A DNA stretch of 64,000 nt. Origin: Carcharhinus longimanus (lineage: Eukaryota). The notes under the pieces are model-generated. The model saw only the letters and a list, made by a program, of their open reading frames with translations, was not told the origin of the DNA and searched no databases. The position numbers and the translations under genes are program-made. This document shows positions 37,131 to 49,577 of the stretch, in pieces; the first letter of the stretch is position 1, and each line of letters opens with the position of its first letter. The DNA lies in NCBI GenBank assembly GCA_030264375.1, contig JASCQW010000032.1:37438910-37502909 (forward strand), written 5' to 3'.

Positions 37131-39419
37131 AGGTGCAAATTATATTCTTCTTTCTCCACTTTGAACTGACCTCTTCTATAGTTCTAAGAACTATTTCTAT
37201 ACAGCATTGTTTTCCCCCAGTCACTTAGGTAAACACTTGTTATCCTACTGCTTTGTTAATTCGCATAACAAAAACATCCCTCCAGGCAGCTGCACTCAGC
37301 AGTTCCCTTCTTATCCAGTTCTTCATTTTATCCCAATTTCGTTTTTAATCTTGATTTTACTTCATTCTTGAATCTTTTACTCAGTATCTTAACACATTGC
37401 ACAAATGTCACAGTTCCATGACAAATATCATATTTTTATGACACTAAAATGATAACTTTATAAATCTCAGATATTTGTTGCAATAGGCTACAGCATGATT
37501 CCATGGATTGAGTTTTGGCATTTAATGTTGCAAAAATCTTTACCAATACTTAGGCACTATTTATGAATTCAGATTTTAAGGAACCATTTAAAAATATTCT
37601 TATCAGAAAATTATCTTGCCATATTTTTCAAAATGTTAATGTTACAGGGAAGACCACATCTTATTGCCCATCTCTAGTTACTTTGGGAAGTAATGTTCTG
37701 CATTTCCCTTGTATTGTTTAAGTTGCTGGTAACTGATGTTGACAAGTGAATTTCTCAAGTTTGTGATAGTTTGGGAATTCCAAGATATTAACCCAGCAAA
37801 AATGACCAAAAAAAGCGTTGCATTTATATGGTGACTTTTAGGTTCTCCCGAAATGCTTTGTGTCCAAATAAATACTTTGAATAAGCAGCCACTGTTTTAA
37901 CTTAGGAAACAATATGCCATAATTTTAATGCTGTGTCACTTGGAGCTGATGTTTGCTGCTCTTGCCCTTTTTGGTAGAGAAGTAGCAGGAATTAAGGTTT
38001 TGCTGACATGTATTATTAGCATCCACTTTGTTCTGAACGATTTGCTGTCCCTTAGTGATGACTTCTGAAGGCACAGGGTCAATTTCCTCTTATTTACTGA
38101 CAATGCAGAATTTGGCCTGTCAAACACTTCTCTTGAACCTTCCATGGAATTGTCAAATTGCACATTTGACATTAAATCTTGGATGAACCAGAAATTTCTC
38201 CAGCTAATTTAAGGTAATATTTCATGTTGATATTTCACAAACTTGCTTGTTTTTCTTATGATGATCAATTTCCAGAACCATTTCTTTAACAACTGGATAT
38301 TCAGTATTTTAACATACAATACTTAAATATAACTTCTTCTCAAACCCTTTTAACAATGAAAATTCACCCGAAATGCAATATTAGCCATGTCTTTTATTTA
38401 ACAGATCTTTTACATTTTGTGCAACAAAATCCTGTTTATTTTCTATTAACCATGAGTCTGAACTTCTTTAATCTTATTTTCTTGTTCCACTTTTTTGATT
38501 TTTTTTATTGATAACTATATGCAGTTTTTCATATGCCTCTTTAAAGTCTCAGTTTCATTTTCTTTATCCAAGGAACTTTGGTATTAAGCAATGAGATTTT
38601 TGATCTTTTGGCCAGCAAAACATTTGAATTCATTTAAATTAAGTCTTGACTATCATCAATTTCTGTAAAATTTTTGGAGAAGACAATCTTTTGGCATCTG
38701 GTTTAGATTTAATAAAGTGGTGAAATTGTTTCTCTCATGACGCATGAGCTTCGAACAATGGGATTCATTAAAACGTCGAAGCAATCTTTGACACACAATG
38801 CTACAACAGCTTCATTCATTTGAGCCTTGTGGTAGGTAGCTGCCAGGACAGTAGATGGATTGTTTGGAAACTTGAATTATCAATTGCCAAGTATAAAGAG
38901 GTAGAGAAATGTTGGAGCTCCTTTGACTACTGCGCTGCAAGGACAAAATGTTAAGCTAGGTGAACTTATATTGGAAGTCAGACAGAGAAAGAAAAAAATC
39001 TCTTTCGAAGGTACAACTTCATAAATTAGCTATTCAATGTAGAGAACTTAATGTGCTACCAGGGATGGTATAGCATGATTTGTTTTTTCAGTTGTTTTCC
39101 AGAATACAGATATTCGTTCATTTATTGCATCTAAAGTATGTTTTTTATAGTGAACTCTTTAGAGACCAATAATGTTTGAAAGCAAACTTAGAACTTTCTA
39201 GTTAATATTTTATAACTTTTGTATCAAATTACTAAAACAATATTGTCTAAACACTGTTCCCTTTTTATAGGCAACTTAGATAGAGAGGGACATTCCTCTT
39301 TTATGCTTGTAACACATTCGGGCAGACCTGAATTCATTACTTGTTTATTCCAAAAACCAAGTTCAAATTCCAATTGAATCCAGTTGATGCAAGGCATGTT
39401 AGTAGGCTGGAGAAAAATA

Positions 39420-40110
39420 GGACCCTTGTCTTTATCAATCTAGGCATAGATTACAAAAGCAAGGAAGTCATGTTGCATTGAATGGAACTTTGGTGAGGCA
39501 TGCCTAGAGTACTATGTGCAGTTCCGGTTGCCGTCTTCTAGGAAGGATACGATTGCACTGGAAGGGGTGCAGAGACAATTTACCAGAATGCTGCCTGGGA
39601 TGGAATGTTTAAGTTGTGAAGTGGAGTTGGATAAGCTTGGGTTGTTGTTGTTGGAGCAGAGAAGACTGAAGGTTGACCTGATGGAGGCGTGCAAGATAGA
39701 GGGGCATGGACAGAGTAGATATGGAGTGGCTGTACCCCTTAGTTGAAGGGTCAGTCACAAGGGGACACAAGTTGAAGGTGAGTAGGAGGAGGTTTGGGGG
39801 AAGGGGGAGGAGTAGGAAGTTTGGTGGGGTGTGGGGAGAGGGTTGGGGGGAGGTGTGTGAGGAAAAGCTTTTTTACCCAGGGGTTGGTGACAGTCTTTAA
39901 GTGTGCTACCTAGGAGGGTAGTAGTGGTGACTTGCCTTCCTCACATCCTCTGAAAAATACCTGGATGAGCAGTTGGCTCTCCAATACGTTCAAAGCTATG
40001 GGCCAAGTGTTGGTGAATGGGATGAGGTGGGAGGTTAGGAGTTTCAGCATTGTGGTGCAGATTTGATGGGCTGAAGTGCCTCTTCTGCACTGTATGATTC
40101 TGTGATTCTA
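39420..40110 (+). mobile_element. CR1 LINE 3' fragment
   Basis: RKDTIALEGVQRQFTRMLPGM; tail tgtatgattctgtgattctatg. Confidence 0.85.
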
Positions 40111-40973
40111 TGGTTCCCACAAGAAAGACCAGCAAGATCCAAACTGATACGATAGGGCATTTCACCTCACCTTGGGCTTGATCCAATGTCAGATCTCATC
40201 CAAAAGGCCGAGGAACCTGCAGATGTTCATAGGATATACCTCTTCAACCAGAGACAGTCTCCCTCCTGTATCTAGCTGGGGTTGCTCCCCAAATCTAACA
40301 GCCTTTTTTCTCGCTGACTGCAAAGACCTCTGTCCATTGTGATGATATTGATTTTTAGGGAAGTCTGTCATCTGATCTCTCCACTCCTTTCCAATGGTAT
40401 TGTGAAACCTTTAACCTTGCATCCTGGTTGAAATGCTAATTAGCTACCATTGATCTGAACTCCCTTTCAATTTCAAAGTAAGTGGATAGTTCGCAGCCCA
40501 ATAGTTTAAAATTCAGTACCAGCAACACATTTCTGGGACTTTGGAGGACTCCTAGTGTATTTGTGTTAGATTCAGATACTGTTATTGTTGTCTCCAATAA
40601 CAAAATACTTGCACCACCTTCTGTTGCTTTGAACTTGAACGTTGAAGCCACCCAGGTTTACTGTCAGGCAGCCTGTAGAACAGATCACCTGACCACCATC
40701 ATTCACCCTAAATTTAACGATACAGTCCCAAAACATAATCTTATAAATCTCATAATTGTAACTGCCGGCTTGTCAAGGAAAATAGCCAGTTCATCAGTTT
40801 TTGTTTCATTCAATAGGTAATGTAGTGCATTTTTGGAGTTTTGACAACATAACTTCACATCAACTTCCAATAGTATAATGAGACAGTTTCTAAGTTGCTA
40901 AAAAAACTAATCACGTTGCTCTGGTCTGCTCCAAAGAATGAGAAAATAATTTGCCAGCAAGTGAGCTTAAAAT

Positions 40974-41253
40974 CGTAGAATCCCTGCAGTGCAGCAAGAG
41001 GCGATTTGGCCCATCAAGCCTGCACCAACAATAATCACACCCTAGCCCTAGCCATGTAACCCCATGTATTTACCCTGATACGAAGGGACAATTTAGCATG
41101 ACCAATCAACCTAACCCCCACATGTTTGGAGTGTGGGAAGAAACCAGATCAAACCTATGCAGACACAGGGAGAACGTGCAAACGTCACACTGTCACCTGA
41201 GGCTGGAATTGAACTGGGTACCTGGTGCTGTGAGACAGCAGTGCTTGCCACTT
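40974..41253 (-). mobile_element. HE1-type V-SINE just upstream of a CWC22 exon
   Basis: gtagaatccctgcagtgcagc...gacacagggagaacgtgcaaac...gctgtgagacagcagtgc. Confidence 0.85.
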
Positions 41254-41320
41254 GGTGATGTTATTCTCGTGCAGTTTTTAAAATTGAGAAATGAGTTGCA
41301 GTTATTCCATTTCCTTTTAG

Positions 41321-41405
41321 GAGAAAAGAAACTTACCATACATGACAAGACTGAAGTAAATCTGGTTTCATTTCGACGGACTATTTATCTTGCTATCCAA
41401 TCAAG
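41321..41405 (+). CDS. CWC22: CWC22 exon, MA3 start (EKKLTIHDKTEVNLVSFRRTIYLAIQS)
   Basis: ttccttttag| ... AG|gtaagc; 85 bp. Confidence 0.97.
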
Positions 41406-41711
41406 GTAAGCAAATGTGTCAACACTTTGAAAAACTCACTTTAAAATACTTTTTCATGGATCATAGAAAATAAATTTATTTAAAACAAATCTTCATCATG
41501 ACCATATATTTTTCCCTGGAATATTGTTGCCTCATATTATGCAGCGCTTTAAGTTTTAGGATATGTACAGTGAAATAAGTATGAAATGAGTAACTTAGAA
41601 CATTGAGTTGGCCTGAGCTGATGAGTTCAAATTGCAGTGGCTGGAGAAAGTGAAGAGTTTGTTATATTCTCATGATGAGTTTTGGTCTTGGCAGGAAGGA
41701 CATATACACCA

Positions 41712-41900
41712 TGGCACGTAGGCATAGTGATTAGCACCGCTGCCTCATAGCGTGAGGGACCCGGGTTCCATTCCTGGTTTTGCTCATTTTCTGTGTGGAG
41801 TTGGCATGTTCTCCCCATGTCTGCATGGGTTTTCTCTCCAGTCTGAAAGACATGCTGGTCGGGTGCATTGACCCGAAGAGGCGCCACAGTGTGGTGACTC
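41712..41900 (+). mobile_element. V-SINE interrupted by a young CR1 fragment (41905-42011, then a gap)
   Basis: tggcacgtaggcatagtgattagcaccgctgcctca...gtgtggagttggcatgttctcccc, then RGIEYKSRKVLLQLYRALVRPQLEYCVQFW. Confidence 0.8.
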
Positions 41901-43321
41901 ACTTTCTTCCTTTTTATAGCGAGGGGGATAGAATATAAAAGCAGGAAGGTCTTGCTGCAACTGTACAGGGCACTGGTGAGGCCGCAGCTGGAGTACTGTG
42001 TGCAGTTTTGGNNNNNNNNNNNNNNNNNNNNNNNNNNNNNNNNNNNNNNNNNNNNNNNNNNNNNNNNNNNNNNNNNNNNNNNNNNNNNNNNNNNNNNNNN
42101 NNNNNNNNNNNCTCAATAAGTGCATCTGAAAGGATGATGTAGGTGAATGAACTGAATATAAGTATTATTGTTGAGGTAATTACTTGAGTGCGATTGTGTG
42201 TGCCAATTTTATCTTTTTAAGAAGTAAACCTTATTTGTTTTCTATAACCTGAGCTATGCCAAAGCTTTCTGTGACCATTCTTCTGGAAAAAAAGTAAACT
42301 TCTGCACAGCTTTCTGCACCTATGCTGCATATCTCACTGTGTTCATTTAAGGCATAGACCAACAGATGTTTCTGCAGTATTGCTGGATACTTGGTTTGTC
42401 ATGTGTGCACTGTTAAACTTGTACACCTCTCTCATCAAAAAGATAGGATAATTTAATTGTCTTTCCCAACTGAAGCAAGCGAGGACTTTGAAAGTACTGA
42501 ATCAATTGAGACCACATCCAGGTTTCTTGTCCCCATGCCTTTTTACATATTGAGTAAGTAAAAATCTTTTGATTGCAGATTTAACATTAATTCCACACTT
42601 CTATAACCCTTTGTGGAAATAAGTATTTTCTAACTCCTGTCTTGACCTGGCAAGGTTATGTCCCTGTATCCTAGATGTTCCAAGTGTTGGATGAAATGGC
42701 ATCTGCTTGCATCAATGCCAACATCTCCACATCATGCATCAAGGGTGACAGAGGTCACACGACTATTGAAAGCCTATGCACTTCTCCAAACATTCTCCCC
42801 CCTCCACACACTTCATGAAGGAAAACAACCTGCATACACTATTGTTGGCAATTGTAAATCAGGCACATATATGACCTACAGTGAAAAAAAAATCACACGT
42901 CATTGAAGCCTGACCCACATTCATCTGTCACCACACACATTTTGCACGTAATTCTTAAACTGTTCAGGTCGCCTCATGGTTAGTATGCAGGTTGTTATTG
43001 GCTGTTTGTCTCGTGTCTGATCGTTCTAGAATAATGTTGCCTCTCTGGGGAATTTTGTTGCAATGGCGAATGTCACAGCTGTGGTGAATGTTGCCGCTGA
43101 TCCATTGTCTTTGTTTGGGGGCGGGGGTGGGTTGTTGACCTCTGAGGTTGATAGTCATTCATTTCCCTGAATAGTTGGTGAAATTCACATCAGCTGTCTG
43201 CTGTGAAGGAGCAGTTTCTCCAGTTGTATGTATATGTCTGCGTTACGATATATTTGGTTTGTCTTCATCGTATATGATCAAGATGGTGATGTCTCTACGC
43301 GCATCCCAGGTTTTTAAAGTT

Positions 43322-43618
43322 GAAACTTTATTACTGTCATAAGTAGTGTCATTAACACTGCAATGAAGTTACTGTGAAAGTCCCCTAGTCACCACACTCC
43401 GGCATCTGTTCGGATATACTGAGGGACAATTTAGCATGGTCGATGCATCTAACCAGCATGTTTTTTGGACTGTGGGAGGAAACTGGAGAACTTGGAGGGA
43501 ACCCACACAGACGCGGGGAAAACATGTAGACTCTGCACAGTGACCCAAGTCAGGAGTTGAATCCGGGTTCCTGGCTCTGTGAGGCAGCAGTGCTAGCCAC
43601 TGTGCCACCATGCTGCCC
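43322..43618 (-). mobile_element. V-SINE (variant tail, same as 1001-1303) nested in the Gypsy remnant
   Basis: Head gggcagcatggtggcacagtggctagcactgctgcctcacag; tail ttcacagtaacttcattgcagtgttaatg. Confidence 0.9.
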
Positions 43619-43660
43619 TAAAAAAGGAAATTGTACCGGCATGTATTCAAGCAACTTCGT

Positions 43661-43731
43661 AGCTCTGTTGGGAAATTGAACCTCAGTGCCCTGCATGGAA
43701 GGCAGGGATACTAACCCCAATACAATAAGGA
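43661..43731 (-). pseudogene. tRNA-like remnant (tRNA-Asp-like body, TCC in the anticodon loop)
   Basis: Minus-strand TCCTTATTGTATTGGGGTTAGTATCCCTGCCTTCCATGCAGGGCACTGAGGTTCAATTTCCCAACAGAG aligns to recalled tRNA-Asp(GTC) with CpG-type decay. Confidence 0.55.
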
Positions 43732-45639
43732 CTACACTAAGTTGTCAAGAGGATGAGTTTTGTTCAGTGTTGAATATTTTCACTCTGGCTCTCCAATTCT
43801 CAGCAATGATTTGGCAGCTTTATCAAAGTGAAATTTGGCTTTCTGTTTTTTGATTTTGTCATTCATGACTGTTCCCACTTCCGTATGTTTCTGCTGGTGA
43901 AAGAGTTGCTTGGATGCAGCATGACATTAGTCACTTAACTGGACTATTTCCATACCCTCAGTAGATGTGTTCATCCACTTTCGGATTGCCATGTACACAC
44001 CTGTGTTGGGTGCTTTTTGGCAACTTGTCTCAGCCTTTTCCTTTGACTGGGGATAATGTGGAGATGATGTGCTGAATTTCCCAAATCATTTACAAAGCAC
44101 CTGAGTTCTTCACTTGTAAAGTAAGGGTCTTGCTGTTCCCCATTAACGATTGAAATGTGCTTTCAGGCATCGTACAATTTCACTGATGTTGATTGACGTC
44201 TGCTTGTCTAACTCCTGGTAGTTTGTATAGCAGTCAACAATGACACAGTCTTGAATTGCACAGAGAGTGAAGAGATCTACTCTTTCTGGAATGGCATGAC
44301 TTTTGTTTGCTTAACTGAATATTAATTCCAATCACTCGAATGGCTGATGTGGTCCTTGATCTCATCACTCAATTTTAGCCAGTAGAGTACTTCTCTTGCC
44401 TTCTTCAGACTAGACTCCATTTTGATGGCTTGCATGGATCTGCTTCAGCACTTCTTTCTTTTGTACAAGATGCCATCTTGGGCAATCACTTCGTCCCTGT
44501 GTTCCCAATACTCTTTCAACTACAGACGTGTCCTTGACCTGGCCATTCTTTCATCATATTTCCTGCTGCACTTGCTGTAGCATCTCATTGTTCAGTTTGC
44601 TTGCCCTGAGCAAGGCACTGAGCTGTCAGATTCAATGTCTGCGAGATTGATGGCTTCCAGAGCCTGGCATGCTGTTGCTACTCATTGAATTGGAATGATT
44701 TTACACTCTATGCTAGCATCAGCAACTTGCTTCAGAAGGAGCGCAGCTCTTTACAGTATGTTGGCAATGTACATCCACTGTACTTTCAAATTGTATTTCT
44801 GAATTCTTGCCAGATGCTTTGGAGCAGATAGAAGTGGTTTGAAAAAGATGCTTTAAGTGGCTTGTGTGTGGTCTCTCCCAAGCAGGCATTAAGTAAAATA
44901 CTCAAGTAAAGACAATAGCCAGCCATACTCCTGGTTCAGCGTGGTTCAGTTTCCGTTGCCCTCTGGCTGCAAAAGCAACTAATTGTCCTTGATGCATCAG
45001 TGTTGCTGCAAGTCCTGATTCACTGGCATTACACTGCAAGATGACCTCATTGCTGATGTAGCTACTACTTGTTTAATGTGACTGAAAGCTGCTACTTGTT
45101 CCGTGCCCTAAAACCATTCATTGGCCATCCTTTGCAGTCAGTTAAAAGTTCATACAAATTACAATCATAGATATCGCCTTGGTTACTATTCAGAAAAAGC
45201 TTCTTGTTTCTTAAGGTGGAATTGCAAATGTGTTGTAATAATTAATCAGATTAATTTCTCAAATTAATGAGCAGTTTGCTTCACTGTGAAGTTTTCATTG
45301 GGTACAAGCACTTGACTTTTTGCTGAGGACAGATTTTAAAGAATGTTATCTTCATGTACTGTGTACAAAGTATAAAATTAATTCAAGAAGATTTGAAGGT
45401 TGGAATGACAATTGGAATTAAGTGCATTGTAGATTTGGTTCTAAGTTTACTCTGGAACAAAAAGGAGCAAGTTTGAACTTAATAAGAATGCACAATGTTC
45501 TTCCAGAAAGCCTAATCTTAAGGTTATTATTGGGATAATGTTCAATTATGTGGTTCCTTAAGAATCTCTTTTATGGTTTTTGTTATATTTCTCTTTTTAT
45601 AATTTTAAAAATTCATGATTTAAAAATGATTTTGGGTGT

Positions 45640-45970
45640 CACTTATTGGGCCAACATTCAATGCCCATCTCTAACTGTCCTCCATCTCAGAGGGCATTTA
45701 AGAGCCAACCACAAAGCTGTGGATCTGAAGACAGAACAAGTAAGGATGATTTGATTTTCTTCCCTAAAGGACATTAGGCGAACCAGATGGGTTTTTAAAA
45801 TTGATTGTGGTTTCATGATCATCAGTAGACTTTTTTTATAATTCCAGATTTTTATTAAATTCAAATTTCACCATCTGGCATGGTGGTATTTGAACCTGGG
45901 TCATCAGATCTTGCTCTGGGTCACTTAATCACTAGTCCAATGACAATGTCACTACACCACTGCCTCCCCT
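45640..45970 (-). mobile_element. tRNA-derived SINE, second family
   Basis: Reverse complement of the 25568-25950 element. Confidence 0.8.
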
Positions 45971-46319
45971 AAATAACAATCAAAACCTAACACAATATAT
46001 TTAATTTTTCTTTGAGGATGTGCAATAGTTTAACATGTCTATCTCTGGATTTTGACAGAATGCTTGCTGTTGCATTTTTGCGAATTATTTTGCAATGTTA
46101 CCATAACCTGTTTTTCCTCTGAATCTGATTAGTATGTGATAAATGGTTCATACTGGAATGTGTAGAAATGCTTGGTTATATAGATTTATTCTTGGCAGTT
46201 TGAAATTAATCTTGATGCATACAGTAGAAACAGGATTGATGATTTCAAAACTTAGTGAAGAAGAATAAAGATGGTGTTTTGGAATACGTTTGTATGCAGG
46301 AAGGGTTATTTTGACAAGA

Positions 46320-47345
46320 AGTTACTATATAACAAGCATATCCAGAAAGTGGAAACATATGGTATTAAAGTGATGGTGCTAACTTGGGTATTTAAGTAGC
46401 CAAGAGATAAGAAGCAGGGAGCTATGACGAATGGATGTTTTTCTGATGGGAGAGAAGTCTGCGGTGGTGTTCCCTGGGGACATTATTTGTTGTTTTAAAG
46501 GGAATGGCCTTGGCCATAGGGTGGACAATTTCAAAGTTTGCAGATGTTTAAAATTTTGGGAACATTGTAAATAAAGAACAAGCTAATAGCAGATTTTGGA
46601 GGATGTAAAATGGGCAGGCACAAGACAGATGCTGTTTAGTGTAGGGGTGGGTGTGAAGAGATGCAGTTTGTACGGAAGAAAGTTGAGAACCTTAAATGCT
46701 GCTCCTTTGAAGCTATTGCAAGAGCAGGGGAACAGGTGACGGGTGGTGCAGATAGAATCACAAAACTTTGAAGGAGGCGTGGCAAGGTGATGCAGTAGTT
46801 AAGAAAGCATGCAGGATGCATTGCTTTGTAAATAGGGCCACTGAATATGAAAATAAAGTAATCATGCCACAAATTACTAGTTTGGACTCTACTAGAGTAT
46901 TGTGTAACACTTATGGGAGTGGCATGGAGAACCTCATTTACATGGATAGATTGGAATAAGTGTCTTTGTTTTTAAAGCAGAGATGGCTGACGAAGACCTA
47001 AATCAAGGTATTCAAAATTGAGGGCTTTTCATGGAGCAAGAAGGGAAAAAAAACTGCTTTTGGCAGGAGGGTGGATAAAGGGTCATAAATTTAAAATAAT
47101 TGGTAAAAGAACTAGGAAGGAAGTGTTTTCACACAGGTATGATAAGATCTTTAACTCCTCACCTGAAAGAACGGGAGAATCAGATTCCATCAGAGTTTCA
47201 AAAGGCAATTGGACATGTTCTTGAAAGGACTAATTTCCAACATTATGCAGAAAAGCCTTCCGTTTCGGTGCTAATTAGGGCGCTCCTTCAAAGAACTGGC
47301 ACAGGCCCAATGGCCGTCTCCCTGTGCTGTAAGATTCTATGTTTT
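46320..47345 (+). mobile_element. Old CR1 LINE fragment
   Basis: ggtgttccctgggga, aagtttgcagatg and tail ctgtaagattctatg. Confidence 0.65.
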
Positions 47346-49577
47346 GAATACATTAAATAACTACCTTTACTTATATGCACAAACATTTATGCAAATTAAG
47401 GTTCATTATATGAGAAAATGTCAATGCCTATAGATTACTATAACCAGCTGGGGAAATTATTTACTTTGTTTAAAAGTCAAACTGTATTGAGATTATTAAC
47501 AAAAGATGACCTCCTTAGACTATTTAAAACTACAGGTTGTCAAGTTAACTTTAACTAGTGAGCATTGAGTTAAATTTTGAAACCCAATAAGTGCAAGGCT
47601 GCTGCGGAGCACAATCAAAATTTAGACATCTGCTAGTTAGGAGTGAAGTTGAGCATGGTCTTTTGCATTACTGAAGCAGGAATTACTGGAATAAATGTTA
47701 TGACTGGAGACAGAGAAGCAAAGAAAAAGCCTCCAATTATTTAGTTAAGTTCATGATAAAGAACATGAATGAATGATTAATCTGCACAATAAGGTAATGT
47801 GTATGTAGAAAATATTGTCACGTTTCAGGGAATTCTATGTTACTCAAGTCATAATTAACTCATGATTGGAACCACCTTGGAGAAACAAATCACTTTCTGC
47901 TCTTGCACTAAAGAGGAAACAAATTAAGTTGCTGTGAGGCATGCCAATAACTACTACTTTAGTTTGGCAAGCTAAATGAGCTTGAATTAAAGAATCTGAG
48001 TTGTTCAGATTTTTGGCCTTGAGCATTGATGCACAGATCTCCAAGATACCATTTTCTTTCACCTAAAGCAGTATATTTTAATTGATTGCACTTGCCATTT
48101 GGATTTATGGGTTCCACAACTGCTTGTGGAACTGCTTGCAGTTTAACTTATTTCCACTTTGTCTTGAAATATAGCAAACCCGATAGAAAATGAAACACAG
48201 TCTCTAAGAATCAACTTGCTATTCATATCTGGAATTTCTCACTTAAATGCTAAAATCACAGGATGAAATTGTGAAGCTGTATTAATTGTGACATTCTATT
48301 CATCCTTCAGACAATTTCTGCCTGAACTGTGGCATTTACCAATAATTAACAATGTTTTTCTTTCCTCTTTCGTTGTCCATACAGTAAAGACTAGAGATAT
48401 TTGGCTATTGACTGGTGTTGGCTAGTCGCTGGGTGTCTTTTTTGTGTTGGAGCGTCAAATTTATTACTCTTTTGAAATCAATTACGTGGGTACTATTGAA
48501 ATGTTGACCTCACTATATATTGTTAAAAAAACTAAATGTATTGTCAAATCATCCCATGTGTATCATCACATTATTCCATTTGTTGTATAACCTGAAGTTA
48601 CATGGCTTTGTTACCTTTAATATATCTTACTCCCATAGTTGTTGTATGAAGAACCTGGAGTATGGAAAGAGACTTGGCTCAACAAGCTTTGTCCTTTCAC
48701 CAGTGACGCACAATTCACTCTGTGGCAGATTCAACCCAATCTAGTTTATCCTTTAAGAAAATGTTCTGAAAAGTTTGTTCAGCCAAATCTCAAACCACAA
48801 GCAAATTAAGCCCAACTCCAGCATACCTATGCAAAGCTGTGTTTTTCTTTTATTGTCTGTTTAGTATCCTCCACAGCTAAGGAATATTGCCAAGCTGGAT
48901 AGCTTTTAGTGAAATAGTGTGTGTTGTATATTCATTTGAAAATGTGCTTCAGGTTTTTAGCAGGGAAATGCTGGCCAAAGCCCAGGTTTTTACTTGTCTG
49001 TTCTACAAAGGTGGGCCTTCTCCTTGAATCTTGATAGACCTTTAGTGATGGTATTACTAAAGCTGTGTTCGAGATTTACAGGATTCTAGCTCATGAATTA
49101 TATGGGTTCAAGTGTATGATTTGGTAGCTAAGTTTGGATATGATGTTGCCATGCACTTGGTACTTTGGTGCGCCCTAATTGAATGAGTATTGTCACTGCA
49201 TGCAGTGTACAGCGCTGATATTACCTCTGTGTTGAATTCCTTCTTGCAGTGTATTTGCACTTCTGCTTTCACCCTATTGCCATCATTTCTGATGTTTCAC
49301 TCAGGATGACAGCAATTGTGTTACACAAGGTCTTTGGCCAATGCATGTCTGTAAATGCAAGGTTTTGAATGGAAGTTATTGGTTCAGTTCAGTAGAGAAA
49401 AATATGAAGTAGCCCAATTTGGAAACAAAATTTGGAAAACATCTCAAAATGCTACAATTCTAATGGTGCATATCTGTTGAGAGGTCTTGATCTTGATCTT
49501 GAGGAAAAGACAGTAGTGCAATAGGAAAGACCTAAGAGATAGTAGAATTCTCGATTTTTCCATTTGAAGGCATTGAA

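Larger units (their letters stand above)
42960..45190 (-). mobile_element. Degenerate Gypsy LTR-retrotransposon pol (RNase H and integrase) remnant
   Basis: Minus-strand EVILQCNASESGLAATLMHQGQLVAFA, KPLLSAPKHL, VIVDCYTNY and SPHYPQSKEKAE. Confidence 0.75.
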
